Shown piece after piece: positions 41,341 through 51,180 of a stretch of DNA of 64,000 bases. The notes under the pieces are model-generated. The model made no database searches, was not told where the DNA came from, and worked only from the letters and a program-made list of their open reading frames with translations. How positions within the stretch are numbered: position 1 is the first letter of the stretch; each line of letters starts with the position of its first letter. The DNA comes from an uncultured Gemmatimonadaceae bacterium (GTDB lineage: Bacteria; Gemmatimonadota; Gemmatimonadetes; Gemmatimonadales; Gemmatimonadaceae): NCBI GenBank assembly GCA_963751275.1, contig CAVVTZ010000009.1, forward strand, positions 32,001-96,000. The letters run 5' to 3'. Both the position numbers and the translations under genes were made by a program.

Positions 41341-41789
41341 GGACCACCCGGTACGTTCTCGCCGCGGCGGCGTTCCTCGCCCTGCCAGCCGTCTATGCCT
41401 GCGTGGATTTCACCTCGTCCGAGGGTCCCGCCGGCGGATTGCCCGACGTCTTGATCGCGAACCCGTCGCTCAATACCGACATCCAACCGATCTTCACCAA
41501 GCGCTGCGCGATCGGCGGCTGCCACACGCCCGCCGAGGACCGCGTGGGCCTCATCCTCACGGCGGGGGTCGCGCGCGACAGTCTGGTGAACGTCACCTCG
41601 TTCCACGGCGCGCCGCTCAAGCGGGTGCTGCCGGGTGACCACTTCGACAGTTATCTCTGGCGCGTGCTGCAGCCCGATTCCACGCTCCACGTGGGCCTCC
41701 CGCGCATGCCCCTCGCCGCGACGCCGCTCACCGCGAACCAGATCCAGAACATCGCGAATTGGATCGACGAGGGAGCGCCTGACAACTAG
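41337..41789 (+). CDS. Lipoprotein with CxxxxCH cytochrome c-like motif
   Basis: Lipobox VYAC; DIQPIF...CAIGGCH...SYLW...MP...I.NWIDEGA. Confidence 0.68.
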   Translation: MRTTRYVLAAAAFLALPAVYACVDFTSSEGPAGGLPDVLIANPSLNTDIQPIFTKRCAIGGCHTPAEDRVGLILTAGVARDSLVNVTSFHGAPLKRVLPGDHFDSYLWRVLQPDSTLHVGLPRMPLAATPLTANQIQNIANWIDEGAPDN

Positions 41790-41866
41790 AACACCAACGG
41801 CAGACTGGCGGCTGTCGCCAACAACCGCGGGCGACAGCCGACAGCCTCCAGTCTGCCGGTAGCGAC

Positions 41867-41901
41867 AAAAAGAAACGGGCCCGGCTTTCGCCGGGCCCGT
41901 T
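41867..41901 (-). terminator. Rho-independent terminator of the pilin gene
   Basis: 12-bp stem aacgggcccggc/gccgggcccgtt followed on the minus strand by a T-rich tract. Confidence 0.85.
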
Positions 41902-41923
41902 CAGTCCTACGCCAGCGTTGGAA

Positions 41924-42301
41924 CTACTGGCACTTGATCACGCCATCGCCGACGCCGGCGATCGAGTCCGCGCCGAAACCGACTTCACACGTGATCGCGG
42001 TCGCCGGGTGCGTCGTGTTCGCGGCCCAGCCCGTGCCCTTCGCATCCGTCACGGTCGCGATCACCGCCTGCGACGCCGTGAAGTTCATGTTCACGAGCGA
42101 CGTGGTGTAGGTCTGGTTGTCCGCGAAGTAGCTCTCCTCCGCGGTCGCCATGTTACGAAGGTCGGACTTCATCGACGCGACGTACGCCTTCTCCTTCGTG
42201 TTCGCGAACTTCGGGATCGCGATCGCGGCCAGAATGCCGATGATGACGACGACGATCAGAAGCTCGATCAGCGTAAAGCCCTTCTTGGCGGTGTTGCGCA
42301 T
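41924..42301 (-). CDS. pilA: Type IV pilin
   Basis: MRNTAKKG|FTLIELLIVVVIIGILAAIAIPKF, C-terminal Cys pair, GGAGG RBS. Confidence 0.92.
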   Translation of the reverse strand: MRNTAKKGFTLIELLIVVVIIGILAAIAIPKFANTKEKAYVASMKSDLRNMATAEESYFADNQTYTTSLVNMNFTASQAVIATVTDAKGTGWAANTTHPATAITCEVGFGADSIAGVGDGVIKCQ

Positions 42302-42384
42302 AGCGTGATCCTCCTGGATCATGAGTATGACCGCGGCAGGACACGCGCGCGGGTCCAACGGAACGGTTCTCGTGCCATAATTAA

Positions 42385-42441
42385 AGCACAGGTAATGCCG
42401 GGATCCTCTATCGCCTTAACTTCTTATAAATCAATAATTTA
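42385..42441 (-). promoter_or_regulatory. Sigma54 -24/-12 promoter plus IHF site for the pilin gene
   Basis: Minus strand CGGCATTACCTGTGCT (GG-N10-GC) at 42385-42400; AATCAATAATTTA (WATCAA-N4-TTR) at 42429-42441. Confidence 0.7.
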
Positions 42442-42556
42442 GACCAATATCGAACATTAGAACAGGCGGGTCATTCTGCCGCACTCTGCAAGACCGTTTG
42501 GGTTCTGCGACACCGCCGCTCTCGCCTCGCGGCACCCCCCTGCCACAGATTGTACC

Positions 42557-44179
42557 ATGGCCCGTACGAGCGCCCGCTCAGCTGCTGCCGCCAGATCCAA
42601 GGCTGGCGCCACATCCTCCGTGGCCCTCGCAGCTCTCGATGCACTGGACGACGCATACCTCGTCGTGGATACGAAATGGCGGATCGTCGCCGCCAACCGC
42701 GCGTTCGCGCGCTTCCACGGCGGCGACCAAGCCTCCTACGCCGGCCGCGATCTATGGGACGTGCTCCCGCCGCTCGCGCGCGACTACGAATCGGCGCTGG
42801 TCCGCGCCACCACCGCCGACGGCCTGCGCCGCTCCTTCCGCGCCGCCGGTTTCCCCACCGGCTCGCAGCACGCGTTCGAGATCACGGTCACGTCGATGAC
42901 CGGCGGCGGCACGTGCGTGCGCATCGCAGCGGTGCCGGTCGCGAGCTGGGCCGAGCGCGAGCTCGCCGAGCGGAGTGAGGAGAACGCGTCGCTGAGCGAG
43001 GTCGCGCGGCTGCTCGCGCAGGAGGACGATGTCGGCACGCTGCTCCAGGTGCTCTGCGCGCGCGCGATGCTCATTTGCGACGCCGCCGGCGCGAACGTCG
43101 GCGAGATCCATGGCGACGAGGTGCACATTGTGGCCGGCGCCGGTTTCGGCGACGGTCTGCGCGACGCACGCTTCCCACTCATCGGCTCCCTCACCGGCCG
43201 CGTCGCCGAGGCGCGCGCGCTCGTACGCACGGATGACTATCGCGCCGATTATGGGCGCGTCTTCCCGGGACGGCCCGGCTTCGAGCCCGCGGTGGCGCTC
43301 GGCGCGCCGCTCATCGCCCACGGCGACGTGCTCGGCGTGCTGCTCATCCAGCGGCTCTCGCATGGGGCCACGTTCACGGAACGCGAGGAACGCCGGCTGC
43401 GCGCCATCGCCGACCACGCCGCGATCGCGCTCTGGAAGACCAAACTCCTGGAACAGGTGCGCGAGGCCAACCGGTCGAAGAGCGAATTCATGGCGGTGAT
43501 CTCGCACGAGCTGCGCACGCCGCTCACCGCGCTCACCGGCTACGAGGAGTTGCTCGCCGACGAGGTGTTCGGCCCGCTCACCGAGCAGCAGCAGAGCGCG
43601 ATCGAGCGCATGCGCACCAGCACCGAGCTGCTCACCCTGCTCATCGACGAGGTGCTCACCGTCGCGCGGCTCGAAGCGGGACGCGAAGTGATGCGGCCCA
43701 TCGACACGTCGATCCGCGATGTCGTGAGCGCCGCGGTCGCGGTGCTCGAACCGCTCGCACTCGACAAGGGTCTCGCGCTCCGGCTGTCCGAGCCCGACGC
43801 GCCGATGCCGCTGCACACCGACGGCGAGATGATCCGCCGCATCCTGGTGAACCTCGGCGCCAACGCGATCAAGTTCACCGACGCGGGGCATGTCGAGATC
43901 TCGGCCCTCCCTGAGGGGGAATACGTGAACTTCTCCGTGCGCGACACCGGCATCGGCATCGCCGCCGCCGACGTGCCGCGGCTCTTCCGCCCCTTCACGC
44001 AACTCGATTCCGGCGTCACGCGCCGCTACGGCGGCACCGGGCTCGGACTCTACATCTCCCACCGGCTCGCGATGCTGCTCGGCGGCACGCTCACGGTGGA
44101 ATCCGCGGTGGGCGAGGGAAGCGTGTTCACCCTCCGGATCCCGGCGCGGCCGGCGGCGCCCGAGGCCGTCCCGTCATAG
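42557..44179 (+). CDS. PAS-GAF sensor histidine kinase
   Basis: SHELRTPL, NLGANAIKFT, DTGIGI, GGTGLGL. Confidence 0.93.
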   Translation: MARTSARSAAAARSKAGATSSVALAALDALDDAYLVVDTKWRIVAANRAFARFHGGDQASYAGRDLWDVLPPLARDYESALVRATTADGLRRSFRAAGFPTGSQHAFEITVTSMTGGGTCVRIAAVPVASWAERELAERSEENASLSEVARLLAQEDDVGTLLQVLCARAMLICDAAGANVGEIHGDEVHIVAGAGFGDGLRDARFPLIGSLTGRVAEARALVRTDDYRADYGRVFPGRPGFEPAVALGAPLIAHGDVLGVLLIQRLSHGATFTEREERRLRAIADHAAIALWKTKLLEQVREANRSKSEFMAVISHELRTPLTALTGYEELLADEVFGPLTEQQQSAIERMRTSTELLTLLIDEVLTVARLEAGREVMRPIDTSIRDVVSAAVAVLEPLALDKGLALRLSEPDAPMPLHTDGEMIRRILVNLGANAIKFTDAGHVEISALPEGEYVNFSVRDTGIGIAAADVPRLFRPFTQLDSGVTRRYGGTGLGLYISHRLAMLLGGTLTVESAVGEGSVFTLRIPARPAAPEAVPS

Positions 44180-44225
44180 CGGAACGGCCCTCATGCGGGA
44201 TTCCCTCCCGCGTTAGATTACGGGC

Positions 44226-46977
44226 ATGACTCCGAGCCCGATCACGTCCTCGTTCAACGACGGCTACATTGCCGAGCTGTACGAGCGGTTCCGCCGCGAT
44301 CCTGCCTCCGTCGATGATTCCTGGCGCCAGTACTTCGAAATGGCGCAGCAGCTCGGCGGCGGCGCCCCTGCGCCCGGTGCCGCGGCGCCGCTCGATGCCG
44401 CCTACCTGCGCAAGGTGGCGGGCGCGTCGTCGTTCGTGCACGCGATCCGGCAATACGGGCATCTCGCGGTGTCGCTCGATCCGCTGGGCAGCGAAGCGCC
44501 CGGCGCGGCGGAGCTGACGCCGCAGTTCCACGGACTCACCGAGAACGATCTCACCACGATCCCCGGCGCGGCACTCGGGTTCAACGAGCTGAGCACCGCG
44601 GCGGATGTCGTCGCGCACCTGCGCGCGCTGTACGCGTCGCGCATTGGCTTCGAATTCGAGCACATCGAGGAAGAGAACGAGCGCCTCTGGTTCCGCGAGG
44701 AGATCGAGAGCGGCGCGATGCGCCGCACGCTGAGCGACGAGCAGAAGCTCGCGCTGCTGCGCCGGCTCACGCAGGTGGACGGGCTCGAGCGCTTCCTCGG
44801 CCGCGCGTACCAGGGCTACAAGCGCTTCTCGATCGAGGGCAGCGACGCGCTGGTGCCGATGCTGGACGAGGCCATCGAGGGCGCCGCCGCGCGCGGCGCG
44901 CGCGAAGTGGTGATCGGCATGGCGCACCGCGGGCGCATCAACGTGCTCACGCACGTGCTCGAGAAGCCGGTCGGGCAACGTGTTCGCGGAGTTCGACGGG
45001 AAGCACGGCGCGAACGCCGCGAGCGACACCGGCGACGTGAAGTACCACCTCGGGCGCGAGTACGGTGCGTACGCTGGCCGGCGGCGGCAAGGTGGAGGTG
45101 AAGCTCGTGCCCAATCCGAGCCATCTCGAGTTCGTGAATCCCGTGGTGGAAGGCACCGCGCGCGCACTGCAGCGCTCGCCGGCGGGCCGGGATGAGGCGA
45201 GCGTGCTGCCCGTGGTCGTGCACGGCGACGCGGCGTTCGCCGGCGAGGGCGTGGTGGCCGAGACGCTCAACCTGTCCAACCTGCGCGGGTACCGCACGGG
45301 CGGCACGCTGCACATCATCGCGAACAACCAGGTGGGCTTCACCACCGATCCGCGCGACGGGCGCTCGACGTATTACGCGAGCGACCTCGCGAAGGGCTTC
45401 GAGATGCCGATCGTCCACGTGAACGGCGATGACGCCGAGTCGTGCGTGGCGGTGATCGCGCTCGCGCTGGAGTACCGCGCGCGCTTCAAGAAGGATTTCC
45501 TGATCGATGTGGTGGGCTACCGCCGCTGGGGGCACAACGAGGCGGACGAGCCGACGTACACGCAGCCGCTGCAGACGGCGCTGATCAAGGCGCATCCCAC
45601 GCCGCGCCAGGTGTTCGGCGCGAAGCTGGTGGCCGACGGGCTGCTGCAGGACGCGGCGGTGAGCGCGTTGGATCTCGAGGTGCAGCAGAGCTTCGAGAAG
45701 ATCCACGAGCAGAGCCGGAAGACGGGCGAGTTCAAGAGCATCGACGCGGACGAGAAGGCGACGGCGGCCGCGGCGGCGATCGACACGACCGTGAAGGGGG
45801 AGCAGCTCGTGGTGCTGAACGAGCGCATGCTCACCTGGCCCGCGGACTTCAAGCCGCTGCCCGAAGCTCGCGAAGCAGCTCGAGCGCCGGCGCGTGGCGC
45901 TCGCGGAGAACGGCGAGATCGACTGGGGGCACGCCGAGGCGCTGGCGATCGCGTCGCTGTTGATGGACGGCGTGAACGTGCGGCTCACCGGGCAGGACGC
46001 CGAGCGCGGCACGTTCTCGCACCGTCAGGCGGTGCTGCACGATCACGAGAACGGGAACACGTACGCGCCGTTGCAGCACATCACCGGCGCGCCGGGGCAT
46101 TTCGAGATCCACAACTCGCCGCTGAGCGAAGTGGCGGTGCTCGGCTTCGAGTACGGCTACAGCGTGGCGGCGCCCGACACGCTCGTGATGTGGGAGGCGC
46201 AGTTCGGCGATTTCGCGAACGTCGCGCAGCCGGTGATCGACCAGTTCATCGTGAGCGATCACGCGAAGTGGGGACAGGATTCCGGGATCGCGCTGCTGCT
46301 GCCGCACGGGTACGAGGGGCAGGGCCCCGAGCACTCGAGCGCGCGGCTGGAGCGGTTTCTGCAGATGGCGGCGGAGAACAACATGCGCGTGGCGTATCCG
46401 AGTACGCCGGCGCAGTACTTCCACGTGCTGCGGCGCCAGGCGCGGCTCGCGCCGCGGCGGCCGCTCGTGCTGATGCAGCCGAAGAGTCTGCTGCGGCTGC
46501 CGGCGGCGGCGAGCCGGCTGTCCGATCTCACCGGCGGATCGTTCAAGCCGGTGATCGACGCGCCGGCGCCGGCGGGCGGCCGCGCCGACGTGAAGCGGCT
46601 TGTTCTGTGCACCGGCAAGGTGTATTACGATCTCGCGGCCGGCGCGCGCGGCGACGACGTGGCGATCGTGCGCGTTGAAGAATTGTATCCGTGGCCGCAC
46701 GAGGCGATCGCCGCGGTGCTCGACCAGTACCCGAACATTGAGGACGTCGTGTGGGCACAGGAAGAGCCGAAGAACATGGGCGCGTGGACGTTCGTGGCGC
46801 CGCGCCTGCGCGGCCGCGGTGGGGAACGCGACGCCGATCCGCTACGTGGGACGGCCGGAGCGCGCGAGTCCGGCGGAGGGATTCCTCTCGGCGCACACGG
46901 AGCAGCAGGCGGCGATCGTGAGCGAGGCGCTGAAGGTTCCGGCAGGTCAGCGCACCCCGACCGCGGCGAAGCGCTAG
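44226..46977 (+). CDS. sucA: 2-oxoglutarate dehydrogenase E1; about 4 frameshifts
   Basis: KRFSIEG, GMAHRGR, GDVKYHLG, NPSHLE, HGDAAFAG, RGTFSHR, WEAQFGDFAN, EHSSARLERF, QEEPKNMG and YVGRP.RASPAEG distributed over successive frames. Confidence 0.93.
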
Positions 46978-49547
46978 TGCGGGGGCGTGGCGGTTGGGTC
47001 GCGCTGCTGGCCGCGCTGTGTCTGGCGCCCGCGGTGCTTTCCGGACAAGAGCGCGGGGCGAACGCGCTGGGCGACGCGATCGCGGGACTCGGGACGACGA
47101 TGCGCGTACTCATAATCGCTGCGCATCCGGATGATGAAGACACCCGCCTCATCACGTGGCTCACGAAGGGGCATCGTGCGGAAGTCGCGTACCTCTCGCT
47201 GACGCGAGGCGACGGCGGGCAGAACCTCATCGGCAACGAGCTTGGCGAGGCGCTCGGTGTCATTCGCACGCAGGAGCTGCTCACCGCGCGCCGCCTCGAT
47301 GGCGCGCATCAGTATTTCACACGCGCGTACGATTTCGGATTCTCCAAGAGCGCGGAAGAGACCTACAAGCACTGGCCGCATGACTCGCTGCTGAAGGATG
47401 TGATCACCGTGGTGCGCGCGTTCAAGCCACAGGTGATCGTCACCGTGTTCACGGGCACGCCGCTGGACGGACACGGACAGCATCAGGTCTCGGCTATCCT
47501 CGGCCGCGAGGCATACGATCTGTCGGGCGACAGCGTGCGTTTCCCGGAGAAGAGCACGCAGGGGTTGGCGCCGTGGACCGTGAGCAAGTTCTACCGGGAC
47601 CGGGCGTATTTCAGGCCGCTGGTATTCTCCTATCAGTACGACGCCGGCGAGTATGACCCGCTGCTCGGGCTGAGCTACGCCGAGCTTGCGGTGATCAGCC
47701 GGTCGCAACACCGCAGTCAGGGCACCGGCGCGCTGCCGCGGAAAGGACCTTCGCTCGGCTACCTCATGCGTGAAGCGACGCGCGTGAACGCGGGGACGGA
47801 TTCGACAAAAGAAAGATCGATCTTCGATGGGATCGATACTACGATGGTGTGGTCCGAGCGCTCCATGGCGAGCAAGGGGTTTCGAGACTCGTTGTCACAG
47901 CGCCTCTCCTCGCTGCGATCCGCCTACGATCCGTGGCATCCCGAAACATCAGTCGGCTCCATGTTGGCGGAGCTGGCGTGCGTCGGGGAGCATTGTGCGT
48001 TTTCGGCGCTGCCGCCCGACAGTCTCCGTGCTCGTGCCCAGCGGGCGCTCTTGCTCGCGCACGGCATCGCGATCGAAGCAACGGTGAATCGAGATATGCT
48101 CGCGGTCGGCGACACGACCATCGTGCAGGTCGCGATCTTTAACCGGGGCCGTTCGCCGGTCGTGGTCTTTCCCCACATGGAATTCGCGTCCGGTCTCTCC
48201 ATAGATCAAGGGATATCGGGAGCGGGCGGAGGAATGAGCGTCGGGACGGGAGTCAGCCTGCTTCCCGACAGCGTCTGGCGGGATTCTACTCGTATCGTGG
48301 GTAGAAGCCCGTCGGCGCCATGGTGGCTCGCCTCGCCCCGGCGTGGCGACATGTTCTCCGTACCCGTCCTCCCGATTGCTTCAGACGAGATCCCGGAGCC
48401 CGCGGAGCTGCGCGTTGGAGTCGCGGTGGCGGACGTTCCGCTCTGGGTGACTGTTCCGGTCGTGCATCGCTTCGCCGACCCGGTGAAGGGCGGAATTACG
48501 CATCCGCTCCTCGTCGCGCCGGCAGTCACCGTCACCCTCGATACCGACGTCGAGTACGTCCCCGCGAACGCCGCGGTCGACCGCACGATCCACGTGCGAC
48601 TCCGTTCGGCGACCACTGGTGCGCGCGCCGTGCGGGTCTCGCTCAAGATGCCGAAGGGCCTCACGGCCGACAGCGCGTCGCGTACGGTGCAGCTCGCTCC
48701 GCTCGGCACCGCGACGGTGGACTTCCAAGTGCGTGGTTCGCTGCGCGTGGGTTCATACACTCTCGCCGCGGTCGCTGAGAGCAGAGGCCAGACGTTCAGC
48801 ACCGGCTACCAATTGATCGACTACGATCATATCCGGCCGCAAACGCTGTACCGTGATGCCACGATCGCGCTCCAGGCGGTGGATATCGCGATTCCTCCGG
48901 GCGCGAACATCGCGTACATCCCTGGTGTCGGCGACAACTCCGCCGCATCGCTGCGGCAGCTTGGCGTCCCGGTCACGATCCTCGATCCCGCCACGCTCGC
49001 GAGCGCGGATCTATCACCGTTCACAGCCGTCGTGATCGGTTCGCGCGCTTATGAGGCGCACCCCGAACTCGTGGCCAACAACGCGCGCCTGCTCGATTGG
49101 GTGAAGGGCGGCGGCACGATGGTTGTGCAGTACGGACAGGACGAGATGACGCAGCCCGGGATCCTCCCGTACCCGATCACGCTCACGCGTCCCGCGGCGC
49201 GCGTCACGGAGGAGGACGCGGCGGTCACGGTGCTCGCGCCGAGGGATCCGCTGCTCAACGCGCCGAATCACATCGGCGCCGCGGACTGGAAGGGCTGGGT
49301 GCAGGATTTCGCGCTCTACATGCCGAGCACGTTCGATTCGGCTTATACGCCGCTCGTGAGCCTGCACGACACCGGTGAGCCGGCGAATTCCGGCGGGCTC
49401 CTCGTGGCGCGTTATGGCCGCGGCACCTACGTGTACACGACGCTCGCCTTCTTCCGGCAGCTTCCGGCGGGCGTACCGGGCGCCGCGCGGATATTCGTGA
49501 ACCTGCTCGGCGCGCGTCAGGCCGACGCGCCGAAGGTCACGCCGTAG
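46977..49547 (+). CDS. Secreted PIG-L/LmbE deacetylase with NEW3-like and C-terminal GATase-like domains
   Basis: AAHPDDED, TRGDGGQN, RAYDFGFSK, HGQHQ, FFRQLPAGVPGA.R. Confidence 0.9.
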   Translation: MRGRGGWVALLAALCLAPAVLSGQERGANALGDAIAGLGTTMRVLIIAAHPDDEDTRLITWLTKGHRAEVAYLSLTRGDGGQNLIGNELGEALGVIRTQELLTARRLDGAHQYFTRAYDFGFSKSAEETYKHWPHDSLLKDVITVVRAFKPQVIVTVFTGTPLDGHGQHQVSAILGREAYDLSGDSVRFPEKSTQGLAPWTVSKFYRDRAYFRPLVFSYQYDAGEYDPLLGLSYAELAVISRSQHRSQGTGALPRKGPSLGYLMREATRVNAGTDSTKERSIFDGIDTTMVWSERSMASKGFRDSLSQRLSSLRSAYDPWHPETSVGSMLAELACVGEHCAFSALPPDSLRARAQRALLLAHGIAIEATVNRDMLAVGDTTIVQVAIFNRGRSPVVVFPHMEFASGLSIDQGISGAGGGMSVGTGVSLLPDSVWRDSTRIVGRSPSAPWWLASPRRGDMFSVPVLPIASDEIPEPAELRVGVAVADVPLWVTVPVVHRFADPVKGGITHPLLVAPAVTVTLDTDVEYVPANAAVDRTIHVRLRSATTGARAVRVSLKMPKGLTADSASRTVQLAPLGTATVDFQVRGSLRVGSYTLAAVAESRGQTFSTGYQLIDYDHIRPQTLYRDATIALQAVDIAIPPGANIAYIPGVGDNSAASLRQLGVPVTILDPATLASADLSPFTAVVIGSRAYEAHPELVANNARLLDWVKGGGTMVVQYGQDEMTQPGILPYPITLTRPAARVTEEDAAVTVLAPRDPLLNAPNHIGAADWKGWVQDFALYMPSTFDSAYTPLVSLHDTGEPANSGGLLVARYGRGTYVYTTLAFFRQLPAGVPGAARIFVNLLGARQADAPKVTP

Positions 49548-50569
49548 TGCGCGTCCGGTGCGCGGCGCTCGCCGCCGCGATGCTGCTCGCCGCGTGCGGC
49601 GGCGGCGACAAGCGCACCGTGCTCACCGTGTACTCGCCGCACGCGAAGGATCTGCTCTCGTACTACGAGCAGGAATTCGAGCGCGCGCATCCCGAGATCG
49701 ATGTGCAGTGGGTGGACATGGGCTCGCAGGATGTGCTCGACCGCCTGCGCAGCGAGAAGAGAATCCGCAGGCCGACATCTGGTTCGGCGCGCCGGCCGAC
49801 ATCTTCGCGCGCGCGGCGGCGGAGAGCCTGCTCACGGCGTACAAGCCGACGTGGGCCGCGGCGGTGGACACGAGTGCGCGCGACGCGAACGATCTCTGGT
49901 ACGGCACGTACCGGACGCCCGAGGTGATCGCGTACAATTCCGAGGTCGTGAGCGAGGCGGATGCACCGCACGACTGGGACGACTGTGCTGCTGCCCAAGT
50001 GGAAGGGGAAGGTGCTCATTCGCGACCCGCTGGAGAGCGGCAGCATGCGCGCCATCTTCGCGGCGCAGATCGTGCGCGGATGGAAGGCGTCGAACGGCCC
50101 GGACTCGGGATACGCGTGGCTGCGAAGGCTCGACGCGAGCACCAAGGAGTACGTCGCGAATCCGGCGCTCTTGTACCAGAAGCTCGGGCGGCGCGAGGGA
50201 CTCATCTCCTTGTTCGACATGCCGGACATCGCAGCGCTGAAGTCGAAGGGGATCCCGGTCGCCTACGCGATCCCGAAGTCCGGGACTCCGCTGCTCGTGG
50301 ATGCGATCGCGATCGTGCGCGGCGCGAAGCATCCGGAGGCGGCGCGGCTCTACTATGAGTTCGTCACATCGCCCGCGGCGTTGACGGCGGCGGCGAACAA
50401 GTTCTGGAGGATACCGGCTCGAAATGATCTACCGCTGGATTCGCTGCCGCCTTGGGTGAGGCAGGCGATGACGGAGATCAAGGTGATTCCGCTGGATCGG
50501 GCGATGATGGAGACGCATCTGGATGAGTGGATGAAATACTGGGATGCGAATATACGGCGGAGGAACTGA
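49547..50569 (+). CDS. ABC substrate-binding lipoprotein (Fe3+/thiamine-type); 2 frameshifts
   Basis: LAAC lipobox, LTVYS, NPQADIWFG, P.DWDD, RDPLESGS spread across frames. Confidence 0.85.
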
Positions 50570-51131
50570 ACGGCCGGGAACCGATTGCCGGGAACCGGTG
50601 TGGCATGACAACGCATGGTGTTACTGCTTCAGTCGGCGAGACTCGCGATAAGGCGGTCGAGCATTTGTCTCACGCGAATCGCGAAGTCAGAGGCGGCTGA
50701 GAGGTCGGTGGGTGTCAGGAAGCCGAGGCGCCTCGTGCTCTCCAAGTGAGAGACTACCTCGGCCAGTGAGCCGCGTGCGATCGAGAGATAGTGAAGGTAT
50801 TCACGGCGATGTGACCTCGCGTTGCCCTCGGCGATGTTCGCCGGGACCGAGGCTGACGCGCGGCGCAACTGGTCGGCGAGGCCATTCCGTTCATAGTCGG
50901 GCAAGCGCGCCGCCAGCCGGTAGACCTCCACCATTAGGTCCATCGCGCGCTGCCAAACGTCCAGTTCTTCGAACGCTGCCGGCATGTTGCACCTCCGGAG
51001 GCACACACGATGTCCGGATGCGGCGCGCTCAATGCAATCGTTTCACCTCACCACTCACCATTCCGCCGTCTGTAGTAACACCATGCGTTGTTATGCCTCA
51101 CCGGTTCCCGGCAATCGGTTCCCGGCTGTTC
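50568..51131. mobile_element. Cassette bounded by 60-bp inverted repeats, carrying a four-helix-bundle gene
   Basis: 50568-50627 is 56/60 identical to the reverse complement of 51072-51131; it interrupts the ABC operon. Mobility is inferred, not shown. Confidence 0.7.
50629..50985 (-). CDS. Four-helix bundle protein (23S rRNA IVS protein / bAvd-like family)
   Basis: FEELDVWQRAMDL...P..ER.GL.DQLRRASASVPANIAEG..R....EY.HYL.IARGSLAEV; GGAGGT RBS. Confidence 0.93.
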   Translation of the reverse strand: MPAAFEELDVWQRAMDLMVEVYRLAARLPDYERNGLADQLRRASASVPANIAEGNARSHRREYLHYLSIARGSLAEVVSHLESTRRLGFLTPTDLSAASDFAIRVRQMLDRLIASLAD

Positions 51132-51180
51132 GAAGAATCTCCCGGTCGCGCCGCGGGCTTCAGCGTGTCACCTTTCCTCA

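Noticed and set aside
41874..41901. AAC...GTT-closed hairpin as a member of the element system
   Set aside because: It is a short stem with a T-tract directly after the pilin gene and is adequately explained as an intrinsic terminator.
45894..49547. Apparent 1217-aa SucA-PIG-L fusion (similarly the 33044..35782 cupredoxin-kinase fusion)
   Set aside because: These are frameshift artefacts. The true SucA end (YVGRP...) lies in another frame with a stop at 46977, and PIG-L has its own signal peptide.
50629..50985. Diversity-generating retroelement suggested by the Avd-like gene
   Set aside because: No reverse transcriptase and no TR/VR pair with adenine-specific differences were seen in the window.
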